A stretch of 64,000 nt of DNA, taken from Schizochytrium sp. TIO01 (Eukaryota; Protista; Bigyra: Labyrinthulomycetes). A program made the position numbers and the translations under genes. Shown here piece after piece: positions 24,751 through 38,400 of this stretch; positions within the stretch are counted from its first letter, which is position 1, and each line of letters starts with the position of its first letter. The notes below the pieces were generated by a model. The model was not told the DNA's origin. It ran no database searches and saw only the letters and a program-made list of their open reading frames with translations. The DNA lies in the NCBI GenBank assembly GCA_004764695.1, contig SMSO01000037.1, positions 2,146,747 through 2,210,746 on the forward strand. Direction: 5' to 3'.

Positions 24751-26013
24751 GCTTAGTTTATTCATTTATTCCAAATGCAAGAAGGACACTCTTTTAAAGC
24801 GCCCTCCCTCTCTACGGATGCCATATAGATGAAACAGTAGCAGGGCTCGTTTCCTCGCTCTTTTGAACATCTTTTGAACACACACGCGCACACTCACACA
24901 CAAAAACAAATCTCTCTCTCTATCTCTCTCTCTCTTTCTTTCAAGTTAGAGCCTCTCTGCTTTGACTTTACTTAGAACATGGAGGCGGTGGTAGGATGGC
25001 AGTTAGGATTAATGGTAGGGGTTTCAACGCGCTGGTACTCTTGGCGCGCAGTAGAAAGGAAAGAAAGAAAGAGGAACAAAATAGATGCTCGATAAGCTTC
25101 TTTTAATTTAAACAAAAAACTGAATGCTCTTAGGTAGTAGCAGGGAGATTCTTGTTTGACGGATCATTGCTTAAAGTTTGAAAGGTATGACTTCCGTCTC
25201 ATCGCTTTAAGTTTGAAAGTTATGACCTCCGTCTCGTAGAAAACACGACAGTTAGTTGGTCACCTCTCTATAGAAACAGAAGACTTAAGTCTTTTCTGTT
25301 CCTTCCTGAACAAATATAAGTTGGAGTGCCCTTTCTTTTTTAGATGAGATATCATCAATCTTGTTTATCATTTTGTGAAATTCTGTCTCTCAATTGGTAG
25401 TAGTAGGAGTGACTATCCAGTGCATAGATTATCTATGTAGTACCCCTTTCGAAAGAAAAGAAGAGGAAGGAGAGTGTTTGTTAAAAAATGTTTTAAAGTA
25501 AAATAAAATACATGTGATACATGTTATTTTTATATGAAACGAGCGGGCAAAAGAAATTTTGAATTCCTTTTTGTTATTTTTTGAAGCAATAGTTTTCCCG
25601 TTCACTCGCCAGCAAACAGGGAACTAGTACTAGAGCGCAGCAGCCTCTTCAGGTCGTGCTCGCCGGGTCTCGCTCACTCGCCTGACCGCTCGCCACCAGC
25701 CCGCAACAGCTCGAGAGAGAGAATAAATTGAAACTCTGCAGGCAAGCCCCAGCCGCGAAGACCTTGAGTCCAGTGCTAGCGAGGACCAGCCGAATTGACT
25801 TTCTTGTTCAAACAAGCACAGTACTTTCTCCTATCTAAATAAGACAAGGAACTCCAAGTTGGGAACCCTCTTCGAAAAGTTACAGTAAGCAAATCGATAA
25901 CTTGCTCGATTGCTTCTGATCGTGGAGAGCATTGCAGCGAGCGTTGTTCGGTGACAGACAGCAGAAGGTCTTGCGGTTGTTAAGGCTACAGCAAACTCGT
26001 CAAAGCTTCGTGA

Positions 26014-28230
26014 ATGGTGGAGAATATACGATGGCTTCGCCAAGGTCAAGGCAAGGTTGAGAAGGCCTCGCTGTCTCTAGGCAGACTGCCGACGGCAGTT
26101 CTGCTCGTGTGTCTTGCAGCTGCCGCAATTCTTAGCGTGCTGGGCGAACTCCCACCTGCACTCAGGGGTCAAAATGAAAGTCTGACAGCATCGACTGCAC
26201 AACCGCACTTGCGCACCTGGTGGGACCAGGATGACTCGCGTTTTCTGCAGGACTCGACCACTACGAGCGAGTCATGCGCTGCTGTGTCCTGCCACACGGC
26301 AAGCCTGTGCACGTGTAGCTCTGAGCCAGTTCAGAAAAGTGTCGGGCAAATGGCTTACGAGTGGATCCTCATTGTGCTCCTCGTATGCATGAGTGCTCTC
26401 TTCAGTGGTCTTACGCTTGGTTTGATGAGTCTTGATAAAATTGGTCTCGAGATTGTTATCGGCGGCGACCCGGAGTCTACTGATGCCAAGAACGCGCGTA
26501 AGATTCAACCTATTCGCGAACACGGCAACCTGCTTCTGTGTACACTTTTGCTTGGTAACGTTGCCGTAAACTCGCTTCTCTCCATTCTCATGGCTGACTA
26601 CACTGGTGGTACGATTGGTTTCATTGTTTCCACCGGTGTCATTGTGATCTTTGGTGAGATTCTCCCACAGGCTGCCTGCAGCCGACATGCCCTGGCAGTC
26701 GGCTCTCGCACCATTTACATTGTGAAATTTTTTATGATTGTTATGTACCCCATCACAAAACCTTTGAGTCTGGTACTTGACTTCATTTTCCGCGAAGAGA
26801 TTGGTGCCATTTACTCCTCCAAACAACTTGGTACTCTCTTGGAAATCCACGTCAAACATCAACAGATTGACGAGGAGCAGGCCCGCATGATGGGCGGTGC
26901 CATGACTTACAAGGCCAAGCTCGTCAAGGATGTGATGACCAAGAAAGAGAGCATGTTCATGCTCCCAGCCTCGCAAGTACTTGATTTCGAGACCATGTCC
27001 AAGATCTTCCAGCACGGTTACAGTCGTATCCCCGTGTATCAAGATGGCGATAGAAATAAGATCGTTGGTCTCCTACTTACGAAGGATCTGATTCTTATCG
27101 ACCCGGAGGACTGCACCACTGTGTCTTCAGTGATTCAGTTCTTTGGTCGCCCCGTGTATTACCTATGGCCCGAAACAAAGGTTTCTGAGGCTTTGGCTCT
27201 TTTCCGCTCGGGACGCGCTCACCTTGCTATCGTGAATACTGTTAATGACGAAGACGAGACCCGCGACCCGTTCTACGAGGTTTCAGGTTTGATTACCCTT
27301 GAGGATATTATCGAGGAAATTCTTCAGGAAGAGATTCTTGATGAGACTGACTCGATCGAGGAAATCACAAGAGCCGGTTTGCACGGCGCTGATGAACGTG
27401 TGGATCGTGCTACCTTTGATTTTGCCCGCCTCCGTCTTCTCGATTCGAACCGTCGCAATACTTTATCTTCAGATGAGGTTCGTGCAATTGTTGCTCATTT
27501 GTGTACAAATGTGCGCCGTTTTCATGCAGCCGTTGCACAGGGTCTTTTCACCACAGATGACGTGCAGGATCTTGTTAAGGACCTCGTGGTGCTCGAACTT
27601 ATGCCCAATGAGCGTCTCTATATCAAGGGTAAGCCACTCACTCATTGCACCCTCCTGTTGAGTGGTAAGATGGGTATTGTATCTGGTACCGAAGGTTTTG
27701 TATCTGATGCTGGTCCGTGGTCCGTAATTGGCCAGAGCGCCCTCGATCCAGATTTGCCTGAGGGTCACCCCTCTGACTTTAGCGCCACCGTCACTTCAGA
27801 GGATGGTGCTCGCTGCATTCGTATCAATCGATTCAACTTTGACTATCTTTGCCAGAAGCGAACTGAGGCTCTTGAGGCTGCCAAGCTGGAAACGTCTGAC
27901 TCATCGTCCAAAATCAAAACATCTCGCAGTAACAGCTCCAATAGTGCGCGATTGGAGTTGAAGGCTATGTCATCTAGAAAAGTTTCAGATTCTGAGTTTG
28001 GAAGCCCGGCTGAGGTTTCCCCAGCCGAATCAATACGTAACAGAGATGGGAGCACTTCCTCAGGCTTTGCCAACCTTTTTTCTGCCTCAATCGTTCCCAA
28101 CTCTAGCTTCTCCGGGCGCAATGCTCGCACTGTACCTCTTCCCACAACTGACGACGACGAGGATGATGAAGATGCTGATGATGACGACAAGCACGAACAA
28201 TCATTCCTTGTTCGCGATCGCCGCCTGTAA
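26014..28230 (+). CDS. CNNM: CNNM/CorB-family metal (Mg2+) transporter: DUF21 + CBS pair + cyclic-nucleotide-binding-like domain
   Basis: SALFSGLTLGLMSLD, LLCTLLLGNVAVN, FGEILPQA, GYSRIPVY, GLITLEDIIEEILQEEI, C-terminal LYIKGKP...LLLSGK. Confidence 0.93.
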   Translation: MVENIRWLRQGQGKVEKASLSLGRLPTAVLLVCLAAAAILSVLGELPPALRGQNESLTASTAQPHLRTWWDQDDSRFLQDSTTTSESCAAVSCHTASLCTCSSEPVQKSVGQMAYEWILIVLLVCMSALFSGLTLGLMSLDKIGLEIVIGGDPESTDAKNARKIQPIREHGNLLLCTLLLGNVAVNSLLSILMADYTGGTIGFIVSTGVIVIFGEILPQAACSRHALAVGSRTIYIVKFFMIVMYPITKPLSLVLDFIFREEIGAIYSSKQLGTLLEIHVKHQQIDEEQARMMGGAMTYKAKLVKDVMTKKESMFMLPASQVLDFETMSKIFQHGYSRIPVYQDGDRNKIVGLLLTKDLILIDPEDCTTVSSVIQFFGRPVYYLWPETKVSEALALFRSGRAHLAIVNTVNDEDETRDPFYEVSGLITLEDIIEEILQEEILDETDSIEEITRAGLHGADERVDRATFDFARLRLLDSNRRNTLSSDEVRAIVAHLCTNVRRFHAAVAQGLFTTDDVQDLVKDLVVLELMPNERLYIKGKPLTHCTLLLSGKMGIVSGTEGFVSDAGPWSVIGQSALDPDLPEGHPSDFSATVTSEDGARCIRINRFNFDYLCQKRTEALEAAKLETSDSSSKIKTSRSNSSNSARLELKAMSSRKVSDSEFGSPAEVSPAESIRNRDGSTSSGFANLFSASIVPNSSFSGRNARTVPLPTTDDDEDDEDADDDDKHEQSFLVRDRRL

Positions 28231-30622
28231 GCGACTCGGGTTGGTGATCGTGCCTGATACTGATTTCAAATTTAGATCAATGTTTAAGAAAACAATAAGA
28301 CATGTTTCTTTGACGTATACTCACTTTCACTTATACTTTTGTAAAAAAGCAAGTCCAGCAAATATTCTGGCAATATATTCTACAAGAGTTCCAAGATCAA
28401 CGAGATTTCATTTGCAAATATCGGAATTTGTCAGGAACTATATCCAATCCCTTGCTGATATCCTGAACGCTTGCTTCGACATAAATTGTAATGCTGCTAC
28501 TCCATGCCATACAGTCTCAAAATAAATGTTCGCCTTGCCTGCAGAAGCTCATTTCTTTGCAAAGGCCCGCAAAGTCTTGTAATGTCTGGAGTATGCCAAC
28601 AATATCCTGAAAATCCAATTGCGACTTGCTGGAATATACCAGCATTCGAATTTATTTCCTCAACTTTCATAAGCAATTGTAGTGAAAGCAACACCTCTGC
28701 ACTTTTTAGATACACTTAAACATGATGATGAAGGTTGTCTATATAACTTGCCTTGGCCAATATATCCTTCTTCTTGATCCCCTATTAATTTATTAGAATA
28801 GTAGTATGGTCCTCATGAAGAGTTTCGCTGGTGTGTATCACATTGCGCTGTCTTACAAGTGAACAAAACCGAATATTTCTGTACAATTACTCAAACTAGG
28901 TGACTTCCTGCCCCTCATACATTAGTTGGATTCATTTTAAGATTTTTTACGCGTTTCTTGATTCGCTATATAAGAAAATCTTTTACCTTGCATGATTTCT
29001 CTCATTGATGCCACCGTCATTTAAGGGGGGATGGAGAAGAATTTAAGTTAACAATGAGTGGTCTCTTGTACATATATAAACTAATCGTACATCGCAACCT
29101 GCTTACCTGTACACCACCTTTCACAATTTTCCTCACCATATTCCATGGCATTTGGAGATGACCCAAGATCCCTTAGTATTCTTTCTTTCTTTGAAGATTC
29201 GTAATACTTATATTTGTCGATTTATCGTCCTTGTCTTACAATGAGGTTCTGTAAATATGGGAAAATTAGTTGTCACCAGCCTCTTGCCTTGAACAAAGAA
29301 ACATTTCATAGACTAAAGATTCATCATGAATTGAATTTGAAATCATTTGTTGCAATAACAATTGGATTTTCATCATACATTGCCACCCTCGATGTCTATA
29401 TATATAGCCTCGTCCAGGCACCATGATTTACTATGATTTAAGGAAGGATATGTCTTTGGAGCGAGTAACATTTAGATTTGGAAGAGTTATGTAGACAGTA
29501 AGTAATCTTTTTGTCGACTAAGGAAACTAAGATGGGTGAATGCTACGGAAGCTCCGTATATCACCTGAGCTGTGAAGAAGATCCTCCAAGCGTGATAAAC
29601 CTTCGCGCAAGGAAATATGAGCACTAATTTTGTTGATGTAGACCACAAGTGGTTCCTCATACCTACTATACTATTTTGGGGACACTAACAATAAACATGG
29701 CTGTAAATGAATTAGAGTCGTCGCAAAACAAATGGATGTTGATAGCCAGGTCTGCAAAAATTCAAGAACTGCAAAGGAATACTACGCAGTACCTCAATAG
29801 ATAGGTAGGGACATACCTTCCAAATGTCCGCCTTTCCGTAGTTAGTATAGGCCATGCAGAATGAAGTTTGCAATACTTTGACGAAGTCACCGAATGCGAT
29901 AACCACATCTAGGATGGAAGTGGCGCATGCCTTATTCTGATTTGACGTGCAGCTTTCTCCGTCAACTGATTCAGGACAGTCATACCATTACTCAATGTCG
30001 CCAAATAAGAATAACAGGCTTCTTCGATATGAACTACAAGTCAAGGTGGTACTTCCCACATTTTTTCTTTAAAGCACTTGCCGCATTTGGTACATAGCGC
30101 TCGACACGTTCTACGCCTATACTAATTCACGAACTCCAAAAGTCAATAATGCTATTTTTTGGTAAATGGCCACTACGAAAAAATAGCCACACACTCTCTC
30201 CTTTCATGAGCACAATCAGGTGCACGCCATACTCCTTCATCCTCCCTAGCCCTTGCACGTTACATCCCAAATATCCTCAGCCCTTAGCCCACATCATAAA
30301 GGACCATCATCTGATCATCGCACACCCTCTTAAAAATGCTCCAAGCATTAATTCCCTTTGTTCCCATTGTTCCCATCGTTCCTCATTTTCCCCACATTCC
30401 CTTCCTCTTTTACCAGAAACATCAAAGGGGTAGGGTAAACAAACTGCGGCGCATATTAGCGCCATTTGGCGGGTGGCCTCGCTTCGGCTGGTTGTGGCGC
30501 AGAGAAGGGAGAAGAGCGGGGAATATGGGGGAATGTAGGGAACAGGGAGGAGCCACTCAAATGAGACGGCGGCAGACACCAGAAGAGCACCAGGAGGCTT
30601 GCTTTCTCACGCACGCGGCACC

Positions 30623-31931
30623 ATGGAGACCACGGACCAGCACGAGAAGGGTAGGTGAAGGCCACACGAAGGCTTTCTCGCGTGGAATACACTCTTGCGG
30701 AGATATTGGGACTTACACCTTGCAGCATGCGCTGCATCGACTTGGCCATGGCGGTCATGGCGGCATGCCTTCGAACCACCTAGCAACTCGGAGCACTTAT
30801 CTCTCTCCCGTTCACTTCATCCTCATGGAAAGGATCTCGATATTCGATCCCGTGCGTCGTGGACGACCACACGACGTTTTACTGGATAGAATCAGGCCAC
30901 TGCCGCTTACGGAGAGCTGCAGGGTGTCTGAAGGATGTGGGCTGATATGATAAGACGACGAGTTGTGGAGGACGAACTGGAGGCGTGGATGTGTATGGGC
31001 CAAATTATTCGCATATGAACATGCTTGCTGATAACGTCAAGGGCTAAGAGGAGATCATCACACCCGGAGCAGAATACATCAAAAGTATATTTACCAAAAT
31101 TGTGGGTCTTCTTCTGCCTTCAATTCTATCGAATATATTTTTTGCACGATAGGTATACTTTATTAGGTTCTGCTTGATGGGTGGTTGTGGATCTGTTCGG
31201 CCAAAGTTGACCTAAAGTTCTGCATGTTGAAATTAAGAGTGCTCCGCGCGGGTAGCGAGTAGAAACGAGGACGGGAAAAGGACACGTAGACTAACTTTCG
31301 ACGGTGATAATTTGTTTTGCTGATTGATAATTCGCAGCCTTCCAGAAGCAGGATGGCATCTTCGCCTTGACCAAGAGCAAGAAGCTCTTGGCCAAGAAGA
31401 ACAAGAAGGGCCAGCTCCGTTACTACCGTAACATCGGCCTTGGCTTCAAGACCCCCACTGAGGCCATCGAGGGTACCTACGTCGACAAGAAGTGCCCCTT
31501 CACCGGCAACGGTAAGTATTTATTGATTGTGCAATGTCTGTCTGCCATCAGATTTGACGGAGACATTCAAGCAGTTTGTATGTGTAGTATTTCAGACTCA
31601 CTAACTTCCCCTGTTTTGGTTACATTTTAATTGTTTAGTCTCCATCCGTGGCCGCATCCTTAAGGGCCTCGTCGTCTCCACCAAGATGCACCGTACCATC
31701 ATCATGCGCCGTGACTACCTTCACTACATCCAGAAGTACAACCGTTACGAGAAGCGCCACAAGAACGTCCCTGCTCACCTTTCCCCTTGCTTCACTGTCA
31801 AGGAAGGTGACATTGTCACCCTTGGCCAGTGCCGCCCTCTGTCCAAGACGGTCCGCTTCAACGTTATTGACGTCGAGCCCTGCTCCACCCAGAAGCCCGT
31901 GAACGTCAAGAAGCAGTTCCGTGTCTTCTAA
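30623..31931 (+). CDS. RPS11: 40S ribosomal protein S11 (uS17); exons 30623-30650, 31338-31511, 31639-31931
   Basis: Spliced product [14 protein letters not shown]...[13 protein letters not shown]...[19 protein letters not shown]...RYEKRHKN...[10 protein letters not shown]. Donors GTAGGT and GTAAGT, acceptors CAG and TAG, CTAAC branch points; phases are consistent. Confidence 0.95.
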
Positions 31932-34402
31932 ACCCCAGTTATAAACTATTTTTAGGAGGCTCTTGATTCATGATCTGACCTGTCTACTTTTCTCTTCTCT
32001 CTCTTCTGTCTTAATCTTTGAATTCTTGCAACTACTATCGCTTGGCTGCTCCTGCTACTGGGATATTAATCCCCAGCGTTCTGCGTCATTTATTAAGGGG
32101 CTGAAGTTTCCTCCGCATAGTGGACTGAGATAGAGATAGTAGAAGTATATAAATAGATAGACTTTTTATGAATTTATAGTGTTTAGTTTCAATCCTTGTT
32201 TTGCCTGCTGCTGGCTGCCTGCTCACAGCTAGTAGCTTGAAATACTTGAATTCTCTTCGCTGCAATTATAATATTCCTTGGTAGCCCCTCTGTACCATGG
32301 CTTTTGCGATTTTATGTTCGTCTGCGAGTACACGTCGTTTATCTGTGCGTAAGATTTGTTGATGGTAGGTATGTGCTTTAGCTGCCTGATGTTTGTGCCT
32401 TTGGTTCTTGCTTTTTTGGCGCTGCCTCCCTTCTTCTGTTCAGCAACTTTGAGTAATGTATCGGTCTCAACCAAATACTGTTTGTTTGAATGTGTATACA
32501 AGTCTCTCAATTCGCGGCACAGCCTGTAATTGTTATGCTACCTAATGTCCAAATCTCACGTTGACCATAATGGCGACTTGGTTAATCTTATCCACACCTC
32601 ACACCAATGAGTGCGCGACTGCAATATAGGAACTCCCTTTCAAATAATGCTATCCATGTTTGTCACGACTCCCTTTCAGATTTTGCTATCTATCCATGTT
32701 CTGCAAGGTGTGATAGCTCTTGCATATTTTAATTTATTTAAACGTCGAAGCTCTCATAATGAGCACTGTAGGAAGGACTATACCCGTCCCAGTCTGCTAT
32801 AGAAAGGTATGGGTCACACGGGTCACTTTATGCACGCACACCTCTACTGAACACAGTCAATGAGCTCACAAGTGAAATGAAAACCCTCTCAGGTCCTTGC
32901 TCTTTACTCTAAACAGCATCTCACACTGTTCTTTCCTTTTTGTGCAGTCGATCTTTTCTCTACTGCTCATCCTTCACATGTCTATGTTAGCTTAATGTAT
33001 AGCTTTCCTATTGCTCCCGCTATCTGAGCTGTATGAATCCCTTGCACCCTTACATTGCATCTAAAAGTTCTGGGGATCTGAAGGACCCGTTTTTTTATTT
33101 TTTTATTTGTGAATAAATAAGATTTTCGAGATCAATTTTTGCAATGAATTCTAGAAACGCCTTTCTGCCCTTCATGATATAGAGTCCTAGGTACTGCGAA
33201 AGCCCAGTTTAAGTTCTCCCCCAAACAGTGCAAGTTAGCATTGAGCAGATAATGATGCTCTGTTTCGGATTACGCGAAACGCCTTGATATATCACCACGT
33301 ACTCAGCTGAGTTTCATGAGAACATTTGAACAAAGGCTTCAGCGAGGGGCACATGCGTGGTGCGGTCTACATTGACTCGAGAATGGCCGCACCGAAGATC
33401 ATCAACACCAAAAAGTACTCTGCTCGAATTTCGAGACACCTCCACGATTTCCCGTACGTTCCAGCGCCGCGGTAGTGCGATCGCAAGAGCGTTGCGCACA
33501 AAGGGCGTAGACCCCAGCCTTTTCATACCGCTTTTGCAAGCTCAGACCTCGAGTCTGCACAAGAAGTCTTCGCTGCATGTAAGTCTCCAGAGTCCCATCT
33601 GTAGCCTCCTTGAGGACTGGACTTACATTTAGGGAGCGCAATGTGCAATTTAACCCCAAAGTGTCCAACCAGCAAATGTGCTCTACTGCCATTGGTTCCA
33701 CCAAGATATCATGTTTGTTTCTCCCGGCGTGTTCTTCGCCAGGGACAGTAAACCATGGCTTCGTGAGGTTGTCTTTGGCAGGTTTGTGATTGTCTATATC
33801 GAGCTTGAGTTGTGCATTTTGAGACTCAGTGAAAGGCAGGCGTGCTAGCGACCACATATCCTTAACTCTAGCAGTGCAAGGATGGCTTTCTTTCTGTTCT
33901 TAGGAGACGAAGAAAGCTTTTTCGAAGAAATAATACAGAAAAGCACGGAAAACACCGCCACGCCCGAGGCCGGCCTGCAGCTCCTAGGTTTTCGGGCAGG
34001 CTGGAGGCGAGGCCAGGGGAGGGAGGCCGCAGCAGAGGCCGATGTTCGTACGGAAGGCGCCGGGGCCCTCCTTCCGCCGCCCGGTCAGAGGCGTCGGCGC
34101 GGCCTGCGGCTGAGCCAAGCGTCCGGCATTCCACGATTTCCTGCACATGAAAGAAAGCAAAAGAGCATTCATTTTCTCTCTTGAACTTCTTTTTTCCTTT
34201 CTTTTCTTCTTCTTCTTCAGTCAAAATGAATGCTTTTCCACCAAAAACAGTGTTAATTAATGACCCCAAAAAGAGAACGCAAAGCTCTTAAAGAGAGGAA
34301 AGAGGAAAATGAAAGAGCCTAGGCCGCTAGCAGTCGGATAGGCGGCGGTAGGGGTCGCGCAGGAGGGAGTTGGCTGTGTAGTATACAGTGGGGCAAAGGA
34401 GA

Positions 34403-34481
34403 GCAAAGTGAAGTATAGAGGGGCGCAAAAGTGAAGTATAGAGGCACAAAGTGGAGTATAGGGGCGCAAAGTGGAGTATAG
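34403..34481. repeat. ~20-bp minisatellite with core CAAAGTG(A/G)AGTATAG, 4 copies
   Basis: Directly visible tandem copies upstream of the JmjC gene. Confidence 0.75.
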
Positions 34482-35487
34482 CGAACGAAGTAAAGTCCTG
34501 GCCACGATTGGATGATTGACCATTGGATGCTCAGGAATGAAGAAGCGAGTGGACCATCGCAAGCGAGCGACTGATGGTTGAGGGCCAGCCGTGCTAAGGA
34601 CCATGCCTCTCGGCAGCGCGTAAGCCGCCACCAAGAAGGAATCAAAATACATACTTCTGTCGCGGGAAACCATCTTGAAAGCGAAGAGAGGAAAGAAAGA
34701 CCTTGAAGAGAGAAATAAAAAAAAATAAAAAATTCAGAATTCATAGAAATGAAAAAAGAGAAAGAGAGAAGTCGCCGCACGAGCGAGCGTGCAGAACGGG
34801 ATCTCGCGAACTGCCAGAGGCGGTGGCGGCGGCGGTAGCGGAGCAGGCGGTATTGATATCGTGTGGCTGTCGTGGGTGGAGAATCACCGGCGGCGACGGT
34901 GACGGACGGTGCTTGAACTTGCACTGCGTCCGGCCGCGCCATCGATCGACTTGACATTCATTCATTGACTCATTACTCATTCAACAGAGGCTATTTGAAG
35001 AAGAGTTCAAATCTCTTTCTTTCTTTTCTTTTCTTCTCTTTCTTTTCTTTCTTTTTTTCTTTCGAATCATCGCTCCTTTCGTTCGAGTTCTCGCGGTCCC
35101 TTGATACCCTGATCCATAGATTCACATATTGCAAGCAAGCATTCTTAAAGCTGCTTCAAGGGTATTCAAAGCAAAGCGACAGTAGAACTCGGCAGGCAAC
35201 TGAGACAGTGTCGTGGATATCTCATATCTTGACGAGGAAGTTACTTCTTTTATTTCGGTGTTGTTGTTGTTGTTGATTGCTGCTGTTGTCAACTGTGACG
35301 GAGTAACACGGGATCCTGGTTCTACGATTCTGGGTTCACGATTCTGGGTTCTGCAAATTGCGATCTAGATATTGAAATACTTCGGAAACTCGTTTCAGAA
35401 GAGAACGAGAGCAACCAAGACTGAATACACACTGATTTGCAGATTGTACTTGAGTGTTTTGACCTTGGGTCAGAAAAGGCAGGCGCA

Positions 35488-38400
35488 ATGACAAGAGTCA
35501 CGCGCACACGGAGTGGTGCAGCCAAAACCGGGGACCGACAGGGCCTGCAGCTGGACGCACCGGTGTTCCGGCCGACGATTGAGGAGTTTGAGGATTTTGA
35601 GAGCTTTGTAGCCAAGATTGAAGAGGCTGGCAGCAAGTATGGGCTTGTTAAGGTGGTTCCACCCAAAGAGTGGGGCTGGAAAATGCACCCAAATCCTTTC
35701 CTTGCGCGCACACAGGAGCTCAAGCGCGGTATCAAGCCTGTAAGACAGTTCTCCAGCGGACGCAAAGGCGCGTACCGCATTGATCTTGTTGAAACTAAAA
35801 AGCGACCTGTGGGCGACTTTTGGGAGGAGTCTCTTCGCGAAGATGCCAAACGTGAGTCTCTAGTTCGCCAACCAGAGCAAGGTGTGGCCATGTGGCAAGG
35901 CAAATGGGAGTCCTCCACTACAAATGCTTCAGCTGCTCCATGCGAAGAAAAAAAAGAAATTATCGACCCTACTTTGGCGGAGGCAGCATTATCACCTGCT
36001 GGTAAAGACGAAAGTACACACCCGTCTGACAAAGAGAAGCAGGGCCCAGTCCAACCACAGCAAGTTGAAACTGGAGAGAAGGAACAACCACATGTTGCGG
36101 CGCAGGAATCTAAGCAAGCCCCGATACCTCCTCTCCGCATGGTTCTTACTGGCAACTGGGCCGCAAATCCCAAAGCACTTGACGAGGCACTACATGAACA
36201 AAAAAATGCAACAGCCTCTGCAACGATGGAAAGTGAAGATAAAGAGGCAGATGATTCTAGCCAACCATCGCTGTCCACATTCACACTAAATCTCGAGGCT
36301 TTTGACGACGAAGAGGATACTCTAGTAGATGGCGCCATGCGTTTCCGAGGCAAGGGCAGATTTATTGACCAGGACAACGATGGGGAGGTCCGAGAAGATT
36401 TTTGTGTTCTCTATCTTGTTGAACACCTGGTGGAGAACGCTCGTGCTACGGTTGAAGACTGTAGGACGAAAGAATTTGCCAAGGACTACCACCTCGAAGG
36501 CTACGGTGCTAATGGGAAAGGCATGTACCGTCTTATGGGTGAACTGAACCAAGCTCGACTGACCAAACCTTGCGAATCCGAGCCAGCATCTACATTTTGG
36601 TTATCATGTACATACTTGGACTCAACGGAGGGGGGGAGCCCTAAACGTCGCAAAGTTAACGATGAAGACACCGAATCTATCCTAGAGAAAAGTCTCGTAG
36701 AGAAGGCTCATGAAGCTCGCAAGTTACTTGAGTTTGAGCCCGAGAAGATGCAGACGCGTGTTGAAAAACAAGATCTCGACCGCCTTGAAGCTGTATTTTG
36801 GAAAGAAGTTGGGTCTCATTCTAAGCCGTCCATGTACGGTTCTGATCAAGAGGGTACTCTGTTCGGCGATGTAAAAGAATTGAACGCTGGCAAATGGAAC
36901 CTGGACAAACTCGACACGATTCTTCGGGTTGGATTTGCTCCAGGCCGGGAAGCAAAGGGTATCACCACTTCGATGCTTTATTTTGGTATGTGGCGCGCGA
37001 TGTTTGCTTGGCACACTGAAGATATGGAACTCAACAGTGTCAACTTCTTACACTACGGTGCGGCAAAATTTTGGTATGCAGTCCCTCCTGAACATGCTGG
37101 TCGTTTAGAAATTGTCTCTCGTGGTGAATTTGGCGGAGAAGCTAATATTTGTCCCGAATTCTTGCGTCATAAAAACGTCATGATGGCTCCCTCAGTTTTG
37201 ATCCGGGAAAAAATTCCTTTCGTCCGTGCGGTGCAACGCGTCGGTGAGTTCATGTTTACTTTTCCACGTGCGTACCATGGTGGCTTTAATCTTGGATTTA
37301 ATGTTGCAGAAGCATCAAACTTCGCTACACCTCGCTGGCTTACCATTGGCCGACGTGCTCGCTGGTGCAAGTGCGAGCACTGGACATTTCGGCTCGATAT
37401 TGATGACTTTGTGGAGCGCGTCCGAGCAAAAGCACCAGAACGGCTCCCACCCGGACCGTATGAAGGTGATCGGATTCTCTATCGCTATGATGCTAACAAT
37501 CTTGTGCCTTGTCCCACTCGACGTAAATCCAAGTCCAAGTCTAAGTCAGGCCACAGCTCCACACCCAAGACCATGATGCTGATTCGCGTCCCTCGTGAAG
37601 AAGCTGCCGCAGAAGAAGGTACTGAAAATCACGAACGCGTTGCCGAGGACACTGTCGAGGACACCGCTGAGGTTGACCGTGCGAATGAGCAAGGGGGTCA
37701 AGTACAGGCTGCAGGTGATAGTCAAGAGGCAGACTTGCAGGTAACTGCAAATGAAACGAGTACAAAGATTCTTGAACACTTTAACAAAATGGAAGATACA
37801 GAAAGCCGCGCAGATACTCTTCCTTCGTCACCGCATCGCAAGGCCCCAGATATGCGTACAGCTTTAATGCGTGTAATTAAGGGTAAAAACGGCGCTCCTT
37901 TCATGGTTGTGCCAGTGAATTGGGATGAGGTACCCTTCGAGCGCGCTCCATTCTATCCCGACGAAGACGACTGGTCATGGCCTCAACCTGGAGAAGTGGA
38001 TGCAACTGATGACGAGGCATGTGAAATGGTCACCCCCCCCTCTACTAAACCATCCTCGGCAAAGAAGGTCCGTCTTGAAAATGCTGTAGACAGTGACGAT
38101 GATATTCCTATGAGCAAAGAGGACCAACAGCAGCGTCGCGACCGCTGGGAGAATCTTCGCTGGACTCGTAGACAACGAATTATTGTTCGCAAAGCAAAGG
38201 TTCTCCATCAGGCGAACCCACTTGTATTTGCATACATGCTAGCACTTGTAGAGCAAGATGAGAATAGCAGCGATCCCGAGGCGGTTTCCCGTGCTATGCA
38301 ACACATTCAGCAGGGAATTCAAAACCAACAACTCCTCATGAAATCGGCAATGAATACTCATATTCCACGGCCGGTGGCCACATCAACAACTATCAGTTGC

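Noticed and set aside
28400-30100. AT-rich stretch after CNNM that might be a decayed element
   Set aside because: Only short ORFs; no termini or motifs could be recognised.
35322-36377. Long antisense ORFs (351 aa here; also 26272-27042 and 7525-8121)
   Set aside because: They are shadows of well-supported genes on the opposite strand.
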